A DNA stretch of 64,000 nt from the NCBI GenBank assembly GCA_963693115.1, contig OY843750.1, positions 60,306 through 124,305 on the forward strand, given 5' to 3'. Each line of letters begins with the position of its first letter. The stretch's first letter is position 1. Shown here in pieces: positions 62,448 through 64,000 of this stretch. The position numbers were made by a program, and so were the translations under genes. The notes under the pieces are model-generated. The model was not told the origin of the DNA. It saw nothing but the letters and a program-made list of their open reading frames with translations, and did not search any database. This DNA comes from Spirochaetia bacterium. Its GTDB lineage: Bacteria; Spirochaetota; Spirochaetia; WTKD01; G963693115.

Positions 62448-64000
62448 ATGGGTGCATACATAAAGCGTTTATTATTGTGGTTTTGCATAAGCATGTTGAG
62501 TCTTGTGCTAATAGGACTAATAGTGTCGTGTGAGACGGATGTTGGAGGTTCTGGCAACAGATCTGGCGGTAGTACTATCGGAAACATTGTCGAAAACACT
62601 ATCGGAAACACTGGCGGAAACACTGGTGGAGGCACTGGTGGAGGCACTAGCGGAGGTAGCGAATCTAATGATATCACTGCTACGTATCATAATGTGGGTA
62701 AGGATTGCGACAATATAGATGAGGCTAAACGCTACGCACCAAAGGATCCAGCAGAACTAAAACGACTCATACAGAGAGATATTACACAACAAGGTATTGC
62801 CGTCAATCTCAACTATATTAATACCTCAGCAATTACCGACATGTCAAGTTTGTTTGATACTCCAGAAGGAGCGACGTTTAACGGTGCAATACACTGTTGG
62901 GATGTGGGTAGTGTAAACAATATGAGCGCCATGTTTAAAGGGGCAGCAAAATTTAACCAAGATATAAATGATTGGGACGTGAGCAGTGTGGTCAATATGA
63001 GCGAAATGTTTAGCGGTGCTACAAATTTTGACCAAGACCTTGATAAGTGGAACAAAGCACGCAGTGTAAACAATATGAGCGCCATGTTTAAGGGCGCAAC
63101 AGCTTTTAACGGTAATATAAGGCAGTGGCACGTCGCTAACGTGACCACTATGGAGGCAATGTTTGAAGGAGCGAGTTCATTTAACCAATATATTGGAGAC
63201 GTCTGGGATGTGAGTAAGGTGGAGAACATGCGTGCAATGTTTAAGGAAGCAAGTTGGTTTAACCAAGACATTAGTGAATGGGATGTAGGAGAGGTACTCA
63301 CCATGGAGAGTATGTTTGAGGGTGCGAGTCAATTTAACAAAGATCTCTCAAATTGGAAGCGCGATGTACAAATATCGGTCAATACGCAGTATATGTTTGC
63401 AGGCTCGGACATAGCCAGCATGCCCAACTGGGACAAAGCAGACGGAACACGGGTGTGTTTTGATCCAACAAACCATGAGAATATAGTTGCAGACAAAGCC
63501 GAACTGCAAAATAAAATAAAGGCATTGATTACAACAAACAAGCCCTCCCCCAATCTCAACCATCTAGAAACCTGTAATATCACCGATATGAGCTGGTTGT
63601 TTTGGGAAAATACTACCTTTAACGGTGACATTAGCCAATGGGACGTGAGCAAGGTGACCACTATGGAGAGCATGTTCTTGTATGCGGAGGCATTCAACCA
63701 ACCTATCGGTGATTGGGACGTGAGCAATGTGACTCGTATGAACTACATGTTCTTGTTTGCGGAGGCATTCAACCAGCCTCTCAACAAATGGGACGTGAGC
63801 AAGGTGACAAATATGAGGAGCATGTTCAATGGTGCGGATGCATTCAACCAACCTATCGGTGATTGGAACGTGAGCAAGGTGACTGATATGTCCGACATGT
63901 TCTTAGATGCGGATGCATTCAACCAACCTATCGGTGATTGGAACGTGAGCAATGTGACAAATATGAGGAGCATGTTCTATGGTGCGGAGGCATTCAACCA
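62448..64000 (+). CDS. Surface lipoprotein with FNQ..WDVS..VT.M..MF 25-26-residue repeats (DUF285-type), 3'-truncated by window edge
   Basis: RBS aaggagg, then ATG 62448. Signal and lipobox (LIGLIVSCETD). Gly-rich linker (GGNTGGGTGGGTSGG). At least 12 repeats by manual translation, e.g. FNQPIGDWDVSNVTRMNYMF. The frame is not in the supplied ORF track because it runs off the window. Minus-strand ORFs listed here are antisense artefacts of the repeats. Confidence 0.7.
   Translation, partial: MGAYIKRLLLWFCISMLSLVLIGLIVSCETDVGGSGNRSGGSTIGNIVENTIGNTGGNTGGGTGGGTSGGSESNDITATYHNVGKDCDNIDEAKRYAPKDPAELKRLIQRDITQQGIAVNLNYINTSAITDMSSLFDTPEGATFNGAIHCWDVGSVNNMSAMFKGAAKFNQDINDWDVSSVVNMSEMFSGATNFDQDLDKWNKARSVNNMSAMFKGATAFNGNIRQWHVANVTTMEAMFEGASSFNQYIGDVWDVSKVENMRAMFKEASWFNQDISEWDVGEVLTMESMFEGASQFNKDLSNWKRDVQISVNTQYMFAGSDIASMPNWDKADGTRVCFDPTNHENIVADKAELQNKIKALITTNKPSPNLNHLETCNITDMSWLFWENTTFNGDISQWDVSKVTTMESMFLYAEAFNQPIGDWDVSNVTRMNYMFLFAEAFNQPLNKWDVSKVTNMRSMFNGADAFNQPIGDWNVSKVTDMSDMFLDADAFNQPIGDWNVSNVTNMRSMFYGAEAFN

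Overview
This 64 kb window is a chromosomal segment from a low-GC bacterium (about 40% GC by eye). Gene content is compatible with a spirochete-like organism, based on a short AlaRS that lacks the C-Ala domain, a membrane H+-pyrophosphatase, an OmpA-family protein with Ig-like repeats, and many lipoproteins. The taxon cannot be established from sequence alone. Most of the window is densely packed housekeeping genes. These include a partial capD-like sugar dehydratase and a degT-type sugar aminotransferase, followed by three uncharacterized ORFs that are translationally coupled into dnaE and recG. After these come rsmD, hisZ-hisG-hisB, alaS (minus strand), trhO, hppA, valS (minus strand), an Fe3+/AfuABC-type ABC transporter and nrdA-nrdB. 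A minus-strand block follows: cmk, murC, a HIT protein, a thioredoxin-like protein, a ClpA/ClpC-type ATPase, a DJ-1/PfpI protein, and a large OmpA-family protein with Ig-like repeats; an HMA copper-chaperone-like gene lies on the plus strand within it. The rest of the window holds a SlyD-like FKBP, a thioesterase, ssb, hsp20, tRNA-Asp, nadE (glutamine-dependent) and argC-argB-argD. The accessory content is concentrated in three places. The first is a family of surface lipoproteins built from 25-26-residue FNQDI/WDVS repeats (DUF285/Liste_lipo_26 type), with two tandem minus-strand paralogs at 21.2-23.7 kb and a third, window-truncated copy at 62.4 kb. The second is a pair of paralogous GGLVG-repeat (GLUG-like) lipoproteins flanking an AT-rich HXXEE membrane-protein gene at 48.4-52.2 kb. 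The third is a recurring class of short intergenic tandem repeats with 12-28 bp units at six or more loci. Other notable items are a non-canonical Walker A motif in Cmk, an Asn/Thr-rich insertion in DnaE, and palindromic NrdR-box-like sites upstream of nrdA. Three tightly coupled unknown ORFs also sit between the sugar-modification genes and dnaE. No CRISPR array, rRNA, transposase or integrase was recognised.
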